Below are positions 1 through 17,599 of a stretch of DNA of 64,000 nucleotides, one piece after another (position 1 is the first letter of the stretch; every line of letters starts with the position of its first letter). The stretch covers positions 13,392,001 to 13,456,000 of the forward strand of contig CM022674.1 of NCBI GenBank assembly GCA_012295275.1, written 5' to 3'. The DNA comes from Chrysomallon squamiferum. Lineage: Eukaryota > Animalia > Mollusca. Both the position numbers and the translations under genes were made by a program. The notes under the pieces are model-generated. The model made no database searches. It saw nothing but the letters and a program-made list of their open reading frames with translations, and was not told the DNA's origin.

Positions 1-330
1 CTAGATATCCAACTCCTCCGTGGAGGCCAGTTCCTAGAAGTCCGGCTCCTCCGTGATAACCAACACCATGGAAACCATTAGCCCCTAGACCAACACCATG
101 TCCGTAGTTGTAAACTGGTCCCCAGGCGAGAGCTGAGCAACACAGAAGTGCAGACAGAACGACGGACAAAACGGACTGAAAGAAAGAAATTATATGTTAT
201 CTTGCGTGAAATTAATACTATTAAATTTAGAGTTTTGAAATCAGGTTCTGTTGTTTTCTTTGTGCTGTGGTGTTTGTAAACATTTATTCTTTCATTATTG
301 TAAAGAGAGAGAGACAGATAGAGAGAGACA

Positions 331-399
<69 letters not shown>

Positions 400-419
400 C
401 TAAATCAACTTACATTCAT
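1..419 (-). CDS. Secreted Gly/His/Tyr-rich protein, copy 1 (3' part beyond window edge)
   Basis: Exon 1 is ATGAAT|gtaagt at 414-419; intron has a (CT)n tract; exon 2 runs from ttcag|TCC at 175 to the window edge. Translation MN-SVLSVVLSALLCCSALAWGPVYNYGHGVGLGANGFHGVGYHGGAGLLGTGLHGGVGYL..., near-identical to copies 2-6. Confidence 0.88.
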
Positions 420-574
420 GACTGACGAGTGACTGGGAACTGGTAGAGAAAGTAACACACTCACTCTATTTATCTGTATCGTCCTGTACCACGTTAATAA
501 TTATTATCAAATAAATTTAATATTTCACTTTTGTATCTCGCGTTTTATTGGAATAAATGCGGTTTCTTGGTGCA
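420..574 (-). promoter_or_regulatory. Conserved promoter/5'UTR block of Gly-rich gene copy 1
   Basis: The same ~150-bp block (CCAAT ... GATAAATA TATA-like ... CCAGTT Inr-like ... CAGTC-ATG) precedes every copy. Confidence 0.7.
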
Positions 575-2213
575 CTTTTCTTTAAGTGGCCTTTGATCTG
601 TAGATAAGTCACCAAGGTCTTAATAATATGCGTTAATTAGGTGAAGATATATACTACTATTCGAAAAGCCCGAAGATTTTGAAAATCATTTAAAAAATCA
701 CAATGTTGAAAGCTGTCGAATACTTAACTGATTTTTTTATTTTGCAATCTTCAAAAGTAAAATTTGACGACTATAGAATTATTTTATTGTTAGCTGAATA
801 AAATACAAGAAAGTGTCCACCATATTACAAGATTATTACTACAGCTACCACTACTGCAGCTCCTACTGTAACAACAGTTAATAAAACTACTATTACTACT
901 ACTACTACTGTTACTACTGCTACTACTACTGCTACTTCTGCTACTATATTGATATTATTTCAACTACTACTATTGCTACTACTTCTGCTACTATTACTAT
1001 TACTATTACTGCTAATACTACTACTATACTACCATGGATACTACTACTTTAACTACTACGACTATCACTATAACTACTAAATAAATAAATATGTAAAAAC
1101 AATGATACAGTGAATGAGATGGTATCGTCAGTAACATGATACTATGTCGTAAAATGATAAGTAAAGAATTTATTTTTAAGACAAGGAAACGAAAAGAACG
1201 ACAGCAACAACGATAAAAACAATAAAATGTGTAGCTGTATGTGAAGAAATGAATTCATCTCACAACGTTTCTTCCAATAAAAATTGATTATCCTGACATA
1301 TGCGAAGTTTCTGAGATCTATTCTCCTTGGTACGCGTGCTGCAAAACATCCCGTTCCAACTAACAGCTCATAATGATTTATTACTTACTGATTGAAAAAA
1401 AAGGTTTCCACAGTCATATCATTTAGAAACTATAATCAAAAATAACAACAACGACAACGACATCTGTTTAAATATTTAATTCATTGTTTTACATTTGTAG
1501 CAAAAAAAAGTGACGTAATCTAATCATTAGAATTCAGATATGATTTGTTTTGATTAAAGTTACGATATCGATAGTATGTTACAAATCAATAGTTATAATC
1601 ATGTTTTACATATCTGTGTGATTGTATAGTAGTGGGTTTTGTTTGTACGCGAGTGTGTTTGCATATAAGTATGTATGTAGCTGTTTCTGTGTGCTTTTGT
1701 TAGTTTGAGTGTGTCTTTTATGTTAATTTGGGTGTGTGTATGTATATATGCATATATGTATATATGTGTGTATGTGTGTATGTATTTATGTATGTATGTA
1801 TGTATGTATGTATGTATATATATTTATGTATGTATGATGTGTGCGTGTGTATGTATGTATGTATGTATGTATGTGTATGTGTATGTGTGTGTGTGTATAT
1901 ATGTATATGTGTGTATTGTGTGAGACAGGAAGTCATCCAATATTCATTCAAAGGGTTTCCAATGTTTGCCAACATCTTAAATTTCGTATTTATGTATGTT
2001 GTTTTTGTTGATTTTTTTTTCATTTTACTTATTAATATTATATATCATTTTTTTTAAAATCCAACACGAATGAGACCTTTTAAAGAAATCCTGTACCTGT
2101 AGCTATGTCATTTAGAATAATTATTTCATACTAATGTTTTTTAGAATCCAGTTTTGTTCTGGTAAATAGCATCGCTTCAAATGAGTTGAGTAGCCTATAT
2201 ATATATATTTATT

Positions 2214-2281
<68 letters not shown>

Positions 2282-3016
2282 TACAGAAGAAGTTCTGTTT
2301 TGTAAATCCCTTTAATTACCTTAGGTTAAACAAATTTTTTATTTTAAATTAAGACACATTTGCAGTCTGTGAACAAACAACGTAATTACATTCTGTTTAC
2401 ATTCCATGCCAATTATTTATTTAGTCTTAGTCACCAAACCTTTTCTAACAATAAAGGATGTCTAAAATAAAAATAAAGAACAGATGTCATCATGTGTCAT
2501 TTTCGTATTTTATTCGTGACGTCATTTCCTACTTTTCTTTGCAAATATTTTTTTATCTTTTTAAAGTTATTATTATTATTATTATTATTGTTGTTGTTGT
2601 TGTTGTAGTTATTATTATTTTTGATATTTTTAAAAATTTACTTTCGTGTGTTACTGTTTCTGAATACACCTCATTTCTAAGGAGTTGCAGATTTACTATT
2701 GAACGTTATCATTATTAAAGACTGGTGTTCTAGAAACAACCTTTGCTAATAAGTAAAACTTGTGTGAGTGTGTTGAGTACTAAACAATCGTGTACATGAG
2801 AATATTTTCACGTGCTACTGAAACAGTATTCATCCATTCGTTCATTCGTTAAGTCATTAATTCATTAGTTAGATCGTTATTCATTCGAATTGCAATTGTA
2901 ATTTATGTATTAAAATATTCTTTATAACACTAAATTAAAAAAGACTACAAAATGAAATATTTATATCAAAGAAACTTTATTACAGTTATGTATACGAAGT
3001 TAAATGACACAAATAT

Positions 3017-3912
<896 letters not shown>

Positions 3913-4067
3913 GACTGACGAGTGACTGGGAACTGGTAGAGAAAGTAACACACTCACTCTATTTATCTGTATCGTCCTGTACCACGTTAATAATTATTAT
4001 CAAATAAAATTAATATTTCACTTTTGTTGCTCGCGTTTTATTGGAATAAATGCGGTTTCTTGGTGCA
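3913..4067 (-). promoter_or_regulatory. Conserved promoter/5'UTR block of Gly-rich gene copy 2
   Basis: Near-identical to the block upstream of the other copies. Confidence 0.7.
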
Positions 4068-4311
4068 TGCTTTCCTGAATGAAATTCGATGATAATAAAA
4101 ATTTAGGAAAAACTTGATATACTTAATGAAGGAGAACTACTACCACTGCCACCGTTAATAATAATAATAATAACAACAGTAATAACACATATGAATTCGT
4201 CACATTCTAGCAGTTCATATATACATATATACACACACACACACAGACACACAAACGCATAAAAATGAACATAATTATATATTATATATGTTGTGTATTC
4301 TCTGTATATAT

Positions 4312-4348
<37 letters not shown>

Positions 4349-5499
4349 CACACATACTTTAATATAAACATATACACAAACACATAAACGTGTATATGTG
4401 TATAACGTAAATATTTACTTATTTTATATTTGTATTAACATGTCTACGTAATGAATGTGTGTTTCTAAATATGTACACACATGTGACTATGACATATTTG
4501 CTTGACTATGAAAGTAAGAAGAGAAGAAACAATACGAAAAGTATTTAGCCGAGTGATAACGCTACAGACACAGATTAACATCGTACACAGCGGGACTGTG
4601 TCAATGCGATTAACTATAAACTTTTATTGTTTTCACGTTTCCCAAGCCGTGTTCACTGATGCGGAACGGATCGCAGTAACAGCTCATACGTACCTATAAA
4701 AAGATCATCATTAATCTGCGGGCACAATAAAACGAGGAAATTTAAATATTTCTGTATTCATGTACGCAGCACGCATCTCTCGAACCTAAGACTGTCCTGT
4801 GTGTGTGTTTTATTTTTAGACGTTCTTGTGCTTGTGCAGATGTTAATAGATTCCTCTTCATCATCCCACTGTAGTTTTTATTGTTATGCATATCCTCGTC
4901 TTTGCTTTTGTTATTGTTGTTGTTGTTGTGGTTGTTATTGAAGTTAGAGAGTGTGAATGAAAATGTGTGTGTGTGTGTGTGTGTGTGTGTATTAGTATAA
5001 AAAAGGAATTTACAGAGAGAGAGAGAGATCTGTTTTTTTAATTTCAGTTATAAAGAATATTCATTTACAATAACACATTAATTGCTTGGAGATAGTTTTC
5101 TTGTTGTATTTTTGTTTGTTTGCTTTCTATTTTTTTTTATTTTTTTTATTTTTACGGTATTTAAAATATACAAAAATAATAATAATATTAATTTGTAAAA
5201 AATCAAGTAAAGAAAAAGAACACAAATTTATTTTGAGTTTTGTTTATAAATATCGGATAATTGTAAAAAGTTTTTTTTATTTATTCTTGTGTTGAAAAAG
5301 AGCAATGACTACATCTAAATTTGTTTTATCTGATTTGATTGTTATAAATTTTGTTATTTTAATCCGATTACTTTATACAATACAGAAGCTTTAATATTTT
5401 TATTTAATCCAAAGTCGATTACATCATGACTATCTAATTATAAAGAAGTTAAAATCAACACACACACGCACGCACACACACACACACACACACATGTAA

Positions 5500-5700
5500 A
5501 AGTTTAGTTCAGTACTGTTTTGTTCACGTTTCAATGAAATTTAGTTCAGTGCAGCTTAATTCACATACGTATACTTCAACGACGTTCAGTTCAAGTACGT
5601 TTAGTTCAAAGAAATTTAGTTCACACACGTTTAGTTCAATGCCATTCAGTTCAATTAAGTTTAGTTAACGTGTACAGTTCAATGAAGTTCAGTTAACATT
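5500..5700. repeat. Degenerate short tandem repeat (TTTAGTTCA/TTCAGTTCA-like units)
   Basis: Recurrent gtttagttca/ttcagttca motifs in the spacer between divergent copies 2 and 3. Confidence 0.55.
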
Positions 5701-6183
5701 AATTGCTAATTGAAGGGGGAGAATATTTTCGAATTTCAATTTGTTTTAAATCCATTATAGTATTTTACAAACTATATAACAGGCAGCCAACACTTTTTCT
5801 GTAAGTGCGCAGTGTTAAAACACAGGTAAATCGAAACAAGATTATGTTAGGAATAAAATAAAAGTTCACAGTCCGACATAATTCAGTTATTCGGAAGATC
5901 TAACATAGTCACGTAATATTTTCTGAGAGTAATGGAAAATAATAAACTAATAATTTAGTTTTATATTTTATATTTTAATATAATAACAAGCTCAACAAAA
6001 TTTGTTATCTAAATAGAGACGATCCTGCAAAAAATATAGTGACTATAACTAATGCTTCTTGTTTTAAACAGAGCTTAGATTCATAAAGCATTAAGAATCA
6101 ATCCTGTATGGACACTTATTGCTCGGTCAAAGGTCAACATTTAAATGATTTCAGACAAACCTGGTTTATCCAGTAAAACAGTG

Positions 6184-6301
6184 GCTACAAAAGTGAAATG
6201 TTAATTTTATTTGATAATAATTATTAACGTGGTACAGGACGATACAGATAAATAGAGTGAGTGTGTTACTTTCTCTACCAGTTCCCAGTCACTCGTCAGT
6301 C
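6184..6301 (+). promoter_or_regulatory. Conserved promoter/5'UTR block of Gly-rich gene copy 3 (shorter; CCAAT reads CCAGT)
   Basis: gctacaaaagtgaaat...gtggtacaggacgatacagataaatagagtgagtgtgttactttctctaccagttcccagtcactcgtcagtc-ATG. Confidence 0.68.
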
Positions 6302-7352
<1,051 letters not shown>

Positions 7353-7732
7353 ATATTTGTGTCATTTAACTTCGTATACATAACTGTGTAATAAAGTTTG
7401 TTTGGTGTAAATATTGCATTTTGTAGTGTTTTAATTTTGGTTTTATAAAGAATGTTTTAATTCATAAATTACAGCTGTAATTCGAACATCTGAATTAATG
7501 AATTAGTTAATGAATGACCTAACGAATGAATGAAAGGGTGAATATTGTTTCAGTAGCACGTGAAAAGATTCTCATGTACACGATTGCTTAGTTCTGAATG
7601 CAATCACACAAGTTTTACTTATTAGAAAAGGTTGTTCTAAACATCAGTCTTTAATAATGATAAAGTTCAAAGGTAAATCTGCCACTCCTTACAAGTGAGC
7701 TGATTTCAGAAATAGTAATACAGAAAGTAAAT

Positions 7733-7773
<41 letters not shown>

Positions 7774-9454
7774 TTCAAAAAAGATTTTTAAAAAAATACT
7801 TGCTAAGAAAAAGTGAATTCACGAATAAAGTACGAAAATGACACATGCATACATCTGTTCCATATTTTTAATTTATAGTCATCCTTTATTGTTAGGAAAC
7901 GTTTGGTATCTACGACTAAATGAATCATTTGCAGGGACTTAAAACAAGAATGTAATGAGGTTATTTGTTCACAGAAATGCAGACATGTTTTAATTTAAAA
8001 TTAGGAATTTGTGACAAATACAAATTATAAAGAATACAGAAATATAATTAATTTCTATAATATAAAATAACTTACAACTTAGATCATTTGATGAGATATT
8101 TTTTTACTCTTTCCAACAGAACAAAACTGGTTTCTGAAAAAAGCCTAGTATAAACTTGTTATCCTAAATGACATAGCTATTGGTACAGGATTTGAGAAAT
8201 GTTATGAGTAATGTCTGTGGTGCTGGATTTAATTAAATTATACACATTTTAATAAATCATAAGAAAACGAAAAATGAAAAGTAAATACGAGTTTTAAAAC
8301 GGAAAGCTGTTCTATGGATTCCTATCTCACACCACACACACACACAGACTAACAAAAGAACACACACACACATACACACACACACACACACAGACTAACA
8401 ACAGACACACACCTACATATACTCACATATCCACACACACACACACGCACACACTAACACACAGATACACACACGCAACACATACACAGATACACATACA
8501 CATAAACGTACAAACAAAACCAATAAACTATATGCTCACATAAAGCTATATAAAACATGACTGTAACTATTAATTTGTAACATACTATCGATTTCGTAAC
8601 ATTAATCAAAACAAATCATATCTGAATGAGAATGACTAGATTACGTCACTTTTTATACCAAAAGTGTCAAACAATGAAATAAATAATGTTGTCATCGTCG
8701 TTGTCGTTATTGTTGTGGTAGTTTCTAAATAATGATATGAGAGTGGAAACCTCTTTTTTTTTTTTTTCAGTCAGTAAATAATAAATCATCATGAGCTGTT
8801 AGTTGGAACGAGATATATTCCAATAGAGTAACAAGACAGAATAGGTCTCAGAAACTTCACACAAGTCAGGATAATACGTTTGTATGGGATGAAACGTTGT
8901 GAGAAGACCTCATTTCTTCACATACAACTACAAATGTGTTGTTCTTTTCGTTTCGTTGTCTTCAAAAATAAATTTGTATTTATCTTTACAACACAAAGCA
9001 TTAAGTTAGTGACGAAACCATCTCACTCACTGTATCACTGTTTTACATATTTATTTATTTATATATTTGTTCGTTTATTTGTTTAGTAGTAGTAGTAGTC
9101 GGAGTAGCAGTATAGTAGTAGAATTAGTAGTAGCAATAATAATAGTATTTGTAGTAGTAGAAGGAGAAGTATTATTAATAGTAGTAATACTAGTAGTAGA
9201 ACTAGTAGTAGAAGTAGTAGTAGTTGTAGTAATAATAGCAATAGTTGTAGCACCAGTATAGTAGTATTAGCAGTAGCAATAGTAATAGATATTGTAGCAG
9301 TTGAAGGAAAAGTAATACTAATATTATTAGTACTAGTAGTTGTAGTAGTAGTAGAAGTAGCACCAGTATAGTAGTAGTATTAGCAGCAGTGATAGTAACA
9401 ATAATAGAAGCAGTTGTAATACTAGCTGTATTAAATGTAGTTACACTAGCAGCT

Positions 9455-9499
<45 letters not shown>

Positions 9500-9745
9500 A
9501 TAGTAGTAGTAGTAATACTGTAATATTGTAGACACTCTTGTTGTATTTTATTTATCTAACTATAAATTGTACGTTTGAAGAATGGAAAAAAAAATCAGTA
9601 TTCGTTATCTTTCAACATAGTGATTTTTTAAATGATTTTCAAAACTTCGTGCTTTTCGAATAGTAGCAACTACCTTCACCTAATTAACTCATATTATTAA
9701 GACCTTGGTGACTTATCTACAGATCAAAGGCCACTTAAAGAAAAG

Positions 9746-9900
9746 TGCACCAAGAAACCGCATTTATTCCAATAAAACGCGAGCTACAAAAGTGAAATAT
9801 TAATTTTATTTGATAATAATTATTAACGTGGTACAGGACGATACAGATAAATAGAGTGAGTGTGTTACTTTCTCTACCAGTTCCCAGTCACTCGTCAGTC
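9746..9900 (+). promoter_or_regulatory. Conserved promoter/5'UTR block of Gly-rich gene copy 4
   Basis: Matches the other copies; the flank further upstream matches copy 1 in reverse complement. Confidence 0.7.
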
Positions 9901-10796
<896 letters not shown>

Positions 10797-12248
10797 ATAT
10801 TTGTGTCATTTAACTTCGTATACATAATTGTAATAAAGTTTGTTTGGTGTAAATATTGCATTTTGTAGTGTTTTTATTTTGGTTTTATAAAGAATGTTTT
10901 AATACATAAATTACAATTGTAATTCGAACATCTGAATGAATGAATTATTTAATGAATGACCTAAGGAATGATTGAATCGATGAATATTATTTCAGTGGCA
11001 CGTGAAAATATTCTCATATACACGATTCCTTAGTGTTTAACACAAAAGTTTTGGCAAAGGTTGTGCTAAAACATTAATTTTTAACAATGATAAAGTCCAG
11101 TAGTAAATCTGCAACTCCTTAGAGACGAGGTGATTTCGGAAAGTAATTTTAATAATAATGATGATGATGATGATGATGATGATGATAATAATCAAAAAGA
11201 CCAAAAATATTTGCAAAGAAAAAGTTGGAAATGACGTCACGAAAAAAGTACAAAAATAATACATGCATCGATCTTTTATAATTTTGTCATCCTTTATTGT
11301 TAGGAAAGGTTTGGAGACAAAGACTAAATAAATTATTGGCATGGAATGAAAACAGAATGTAATGAGGTTGTTTGTTCACAGAAATGCAGATATGTCTCAA
11401 TTTAAAATAAAAAACATTTGTGAGAAAATGCTTAACCTGAACAGCTCATTTGAATGGATATTTTTTGCCAGTTCCAACAAAACAAAACTGGTTTCTAATA
11501 AAATGTAGTATGAAAGAGTTATTTTAAATAACATAGCTACGGGGTACAGTGTTTTAGAAAAGGTTTGAGTAATAGCTGTCGTGTTGGATTTATTTTTTTA
11601 AATATATAATTTTAATAAGCAATAAAATATATATATATTAAAATTTGGTTGGCAGTAATATGGAAATCTGTTGTATGAATCTTAAATGGATTCCCATCTC
11701 ACACCACATATAAGCAAAACTCAGTGTAGTGCTATATAAAACATGATTGTAAAATAACCAAAAACACAAATCATATCTGAATTCTAATTATTAGATTCGT
11801 CACATTAATGCAAAAAATGTCAAACAGTAGAATAAATAATTCAGATATAACAGATGGCGTTGTCGTTGTTGGTATTGTTGTTGTAGTTACTAAATGATGA
11901 TATGAGAGTGGAAACTTCTTTTTTTTTTCTGTCAGTATATAATAAACCATTATGAGCTGTTAGTTGGAACGGGAGTATTGCAAGAGAATATAAGACAAAG
12001 CATTATGTTAGTGACGATACCATTTCATTTTCTGAGTCATTATTTTACATATTTATTTATTTATTTAGTAGTAGTAGTTACAGTAGTAGTAGCCGTAGTA
12101 GTATAGAAGTGGTATTAGCAGTACTAATAGTAATATTAATAGTAGTAGTAGTAGTAGTAGTAATAGTAGTAGTAGAAATAATGTTAATATTTATTTTAGT
12201 AGTAATAGAAGTCGTAGTAGTAGTAGCAGAAGTAGTAGTTGTAGTAGC

Positions 12249-12281
<33 letters not shown>

Positions 12282-13097
12282 GGTAGTAACAGCAGTAGTA
12301 TTATTAATAATAATAATAGTAGTAGTAGTAGCAGTTGTAGTAGTTGTTGTAGTAGTAATAATGTAATATTACTTACATTCTTGTATTTTTTTTTTCTTTT
12401 AACAATAAAAGAATTCAATTGTCGTCAAATTTTACTTTGGAAGATTGGAAAGTGAGATAGGAAAAATTGCACAAATTTTGGCAAAGTGAATTTTAAAATG
12501 ATTTTTCATAATAAATTCTTTATTTATTATTATAAGACAAATCATTATTTTATTTATTTATTTATTTATTTATTTATATATTTATTTTATTTATTTTATT
12601 TTTTTTTTTTTTTTTATTTAGTAGTAGTTAAAGTAGCAGTCAAATTATTTTACTGTTAGCTGAATGAAATACAAGAAGAGTGTCCACCATATTACAGTAT
12701 TACTACTAAAACTACTGTAACTCCATTTAATAAAACAACTATTACTACTAGTAGTTCTACAACAATAACAACAACAGCAACAACCACTACTACTCCTACT
12801 ACAACTACTAAACTTCTACTACTACCTGAATTACTGCTGGTTGCTACAACTTTAACTAATAAATAAATAAATAAAATAGTGATGCAGAGAATGAAATGGT
12901 ATCGTCACTAAATGTTACGTCTGAGGACTGGAAAGTAAAAAAATCACTAAAAGTATTCAACAGTTTTTACATAGTGATTTTTAAAATGATTCTCGTCATC
13001 TCTTGGTTTTTTCATACGTTAGAACCTACCTTCACCTAATTAACATATGTTATTAAGATTTAACAAACCAACTGATCAAAGGTTACTGAATAAATCT

Positions 13098-13251
13098 TGC
13101 ACCAAGAAACCGTATTTATCCAATAAAATGTGAGGTACAAGATTTAAGTATTAATTTTATTTGATAATAATTATTAACGTGGTACAGGACGATACAGATA
13201 AATAGAGCGAGTGTGTTACTTTCTCTACCAGTTCCCAGTCACTCGTCAGTC
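13098..13251 (+). promoter_or_regulatory. Conserved promoter/5'UTR block of Gly-rich gene copy 5
   Basis: Same block with a few substitutions. Confidence 0.68.
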
Positions 13252-13269
13252 ATGAATGTAAGTTGATTT

Positions 13270-13331
<62 letters not shown>

Positions 13332-14210
13332 ATCTTTAATAATGTATTTCAGTCTCTGTCTCTACGGTAATGAAAGAATAAATATTTACAAACACCAGAG
13401 CACAAAGAAAATTACAGGAACTGATTACAACAAAGATGTAAATATATTATTATTAATTTTCTACAAGGTAATGTAATATTCTTATTCCTTTCAATATTTC
13501 AGTCCGTTTTGTCCGTCGTTCTGTCTGCACTTCTGTGTTGCTCAGCTCTCGCCTGGGGACCAGTTTACAACTACGGACATGGTGTCGGTCTAGGAGCTAA
13601 TGGTTTCCATGGTGTTGGTTATCACGGAGGAGCCGGACTTCTAGGAGCTGGACTCCACGGAGGAGTTGGATATCTAGGAGCTGGTCTTCATGGAGGTCAT
13701 GGTCTTCACGGAGGAGTCGGACTTCTCGGAGGAGCTGGTCTCCATGGATTCGGACATGCCGGACATGGTTACGGTTACGGATATCCCGGATACGGTTACG
13801 GATACGGTAATAACGGTAAGGCAGTGTCATTACTACATGGAATGTTACATCAGTGAAGTGAAATATTGGATTTGGAATATTTATTTTGTAAATTTCAATA
13901 TGTTGTAGATATTTTGATCAAGGATATATTTATTATTATCTAAAACAAGATAACTGTATTCATAAATAAACAAACGCTTTGAAAGAAAAAGAGAAAGAAA
14001 CGAAAATATAAAATTATTATCATCACTTCCATAATCACCGTCTTTATTTTGATAGGTTACGGAAATGGTTACGGACATGGATACGGACACGGATACGGAT
14101 ACGGACATGGTCTAGGCAATGGTGTCGGACACGGATTCGGATTCGGAGGACGTGGTTTTGGAGGACGTGGTTTTGGAGGACGAGGACTTGGATTCGGAGT
14201 TTATCACTAA
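13252..14210 (+). CDS. Secreted Gly/His/Tyr-rich protein, copy 5 (157 aa)
   Basis: join(13252..13257,13503..13815,14056..14210); exon 2 is visible in ORF 13509..13856. Confidence 0.9.
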
Positions 14211-14538
14211 ATATTTGTGTCATTTAACTTCGTATACATAACAATGTAATAAATCATCTTTGATATAAATATTGCATTTTGTAGTGATTTTAATTCAGTG
14301 TTATAAAGAATATTTTAATACAGAAATTACAACTGTACTGCGAACATCTGAATGAATGAATACTGTTTCAGTAGGAGTGAAAAAATTCTGCTTAGTAGTG
14401 AACACACTCAAACAGGTTTTACTTGTTAGCTAAGTTTGTTACTAGAGAACCATTCTTTAGTAATGATAAAGTTCGATAGTAAACCTGCAAATCCTTAGAA
14501 ATGAGACAATTTCAGAAATAGTAATACAGAAAGTAAAT

Positions 14539-14591
<53 letters not shown>

Positions 14592-15704
14592 TTTAATTGT
14601 AATAGTAATAATAATAAACTTTATAAAGATCAAAATTACTTGCAAAGTAAAAATAGAAAATGACGTCACGAATAAAGTACGTGCATAAAGCTGTTCTGTA
14701 ATTTGTAACAAAAATGTTTAACCAAGGCAAATTAAAAAGATTATAGGAAAATAATTAATTTCTATCACATAAAATGAAAGACTTGACTCTTTGCTCGACC
14801 TACCAGAACAAAACTTCTTTCTGAAAATCAAACTATGAAGTAGTGAATGTGACAGCGTTTACAGCATTTCAGAAAAAGTATGATTAACACAAAACATGCA
14901 GCGTCTAATTATAAAATATATGATTTTATATACAATATGAAATACGAAAATACGAAATTTAAAACTTGGTTTTTAAAAATACCGAAACCTGTTGTTTCAG
15001 TTTTAGATGGATTTGTATCACACACACACACACACACACACGCGCGCACGCATATACACACACACAAACAAAACAACATACACATAAATTAACATGCACA
15101 CTGACGACACACACATACAAACACACATGCATACACTTACATACAAACTAACACATACACACACACACAAACTAATACACACTCATACATCTAAACAGTA
15201 CCCACTACTGCATATTGACACATTGCTATATGTCAACTGAACCATAATAACAAATTCATGACGTTAATCAAAGCAAATCACAGCTGAATTACCATGCTTA
15301 TAAAGTGTCCTCTTTCCTACCACAAAATTTAAAACAATGAAATAAATGATTTTGATGTAGTTGTTGTTGTTGTTGTTGTAATAGTCGTAGTGGTAGCTGT
15401 TGTTGTTGCTGAAATGAGAGCTGAATACGATTTTCACAGACAGCAAATAATTTATTAATTTATTTAATACGTCAGTCGTGCAGCTCTTGTTAGAACGGGA
15501 TATTAATCAAATAACGTACTATGAAGAGTAGATCTTACTGAACTTCACCCACTCAGTATAAAGCATACTGCTATGTGTTGTAACTGCAAGAAAAATTGTG
15601 AGAAAACTTGGTTTGTAGACATCGAACAATAAAAGCAAAGATACAAATTTCCGGACGTTTTCATTAGGACTTTAATATTAATTTTTCTTCTTCTTCTTCT
15701 TCTT

Positions 15705-15770
<66 letters not shown>

Positions 15771-15903
15771 GTTGTTGTTGTTATTATTATTGTTGTTGTT
15801 GTTGTGATTGTTAAAACTGAAATTAAAATGAAGATTTTCTTCTGTGTGTATTAAATGTAAAATAACATAATTAAAAAATACATAGGACGCCTTTGTTTTG
15901 TTA

Positions 15904-15947
<44 letters not shown>

Positions 15948-16274
15948 TTATTAGTATTATTGTTTTTGTGGTTGCTGTTGTTGTTTTCATACCAGTGAAA
16001 AATGAAAATCAAAAATACCTCTTGGCACACACGTCATAATAATATTATAAACAGCGTTCAAACTAAATTTTATTATGTTTTCGTGTTCATGGCCATGAAA
16101 TATACGATTTGAATACTGGAAAGTTGAAAAATAAGTTAATATATTGAAAACACAATTTACATAGAGAATTTTTGAAAAAGATTTTCATCTTCAGTTTTTA
16201 CGATCATCCAATTAGCATATATTTATTATGATATTGGCGACATCCTGACAGATCAAAGACACCTGAGCGAGCAG

Positions 16275-16429
16275 GTGCGCCAAGAAACCGTATTTATCCA
16301 ATAAAACGCGAGCTACAAAAGTGAAATATTAATTTTATTTGAAAATAATTATTAACGTGGTACAGGACGATACAGATAAATAGAGTGAGTGTGTTACTTT
16401 CTCTACCAGTTCCCAGTCACTCGTCAGTC
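16275..16429 (+). promoter_or_regulatory. Conserved promoter/5'UTR block of Gly-rich gene copy 6
   Basis: Same block as the other copies. Confidence 0.68.
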
Positions 16430-16449
16430 ATGAATGTAAGTTGATTTAG

Positions 16450-16516
<67 letters not shown>

Positions 16517-17350
16517 TCTCTAAAATAACTCTGTTTTCTCTCTCTCTCTCTAAAATACTTTACTATTCTAAAATAACTGTTTTCAATAATAAAGAAATTG
16601 CAACGTCATAACTCTTTCCCAGTACGTTAAAAACGGCTCAGTTTATTTCATAAGAAATGTAATTTCTATTATCCAAATATTTTACTTTTTTGAGGTTTTT
16701 TTTTTTTTTTAGAGCGTGGGGGTTGCATTTTGTTGGTTTCCACTTTTAGTGAAAGTTAATCTCCATGAGTACGGTTATTATTATTTTTCTGTTGTGTAAT
16801 CTATTATTATACATTTGTTATTCTTTTCACAGTCTCTTTTGTCCGTCGTTCTGTCTGCACTTCTGTGTTGCTCAGCTCTCGCCTGGGGACCAGTTTACAA
16901 CTACGGACATGGTGTCGGTCTAGGAGCTAATGGTTTCCATGGTGTTGGTTATCACGGAGGAGCCGGACTTCTAGGAGCTGGACTCCACGGAGGAGTTGGA
17001 CATCTAGGAGCTGGTCTTCATGGAGGTCATGGTCTTCACGGAGGAGTCGGACTTCTCGGAGGAGCTGGTCTCCATGGATTCGGACATGCCGGACATGGTT
17101 ACGGTTACGGATATCCTGGTTATGGTTACGGTAGGCTGTTTTAATTTGAAACTTGAACACACTTAACCTTGAAATGTCAAGCTTAGATTTGTGTATGTTT
17201 TGACACCGTATGTTCTAACTATTTTCCGTCGTGGTGAAATATAGGGGAAAATAGTAACAAAAGAAAAAATATTAAAGAAAAAGAAAAAACACAGAGTCAT
17301 ACAGAGACAAACAAACATGCTTACCTTCAAAGAATAATAATAATGATAAA

Positions 17351-17435
<85 letters not shown>

Positions 17436-17555
17436 TAATCATAATAATAATCATAATAAATTAAAAAATAAAATATTATAAGATAAAATAAAAATGGATA
17501 ATAAAAATAAAATTAAAATTTCTTTGTAATAATAATGATGATAATGATGATGATA

Positions 17556-17599
<44 letters not shown>

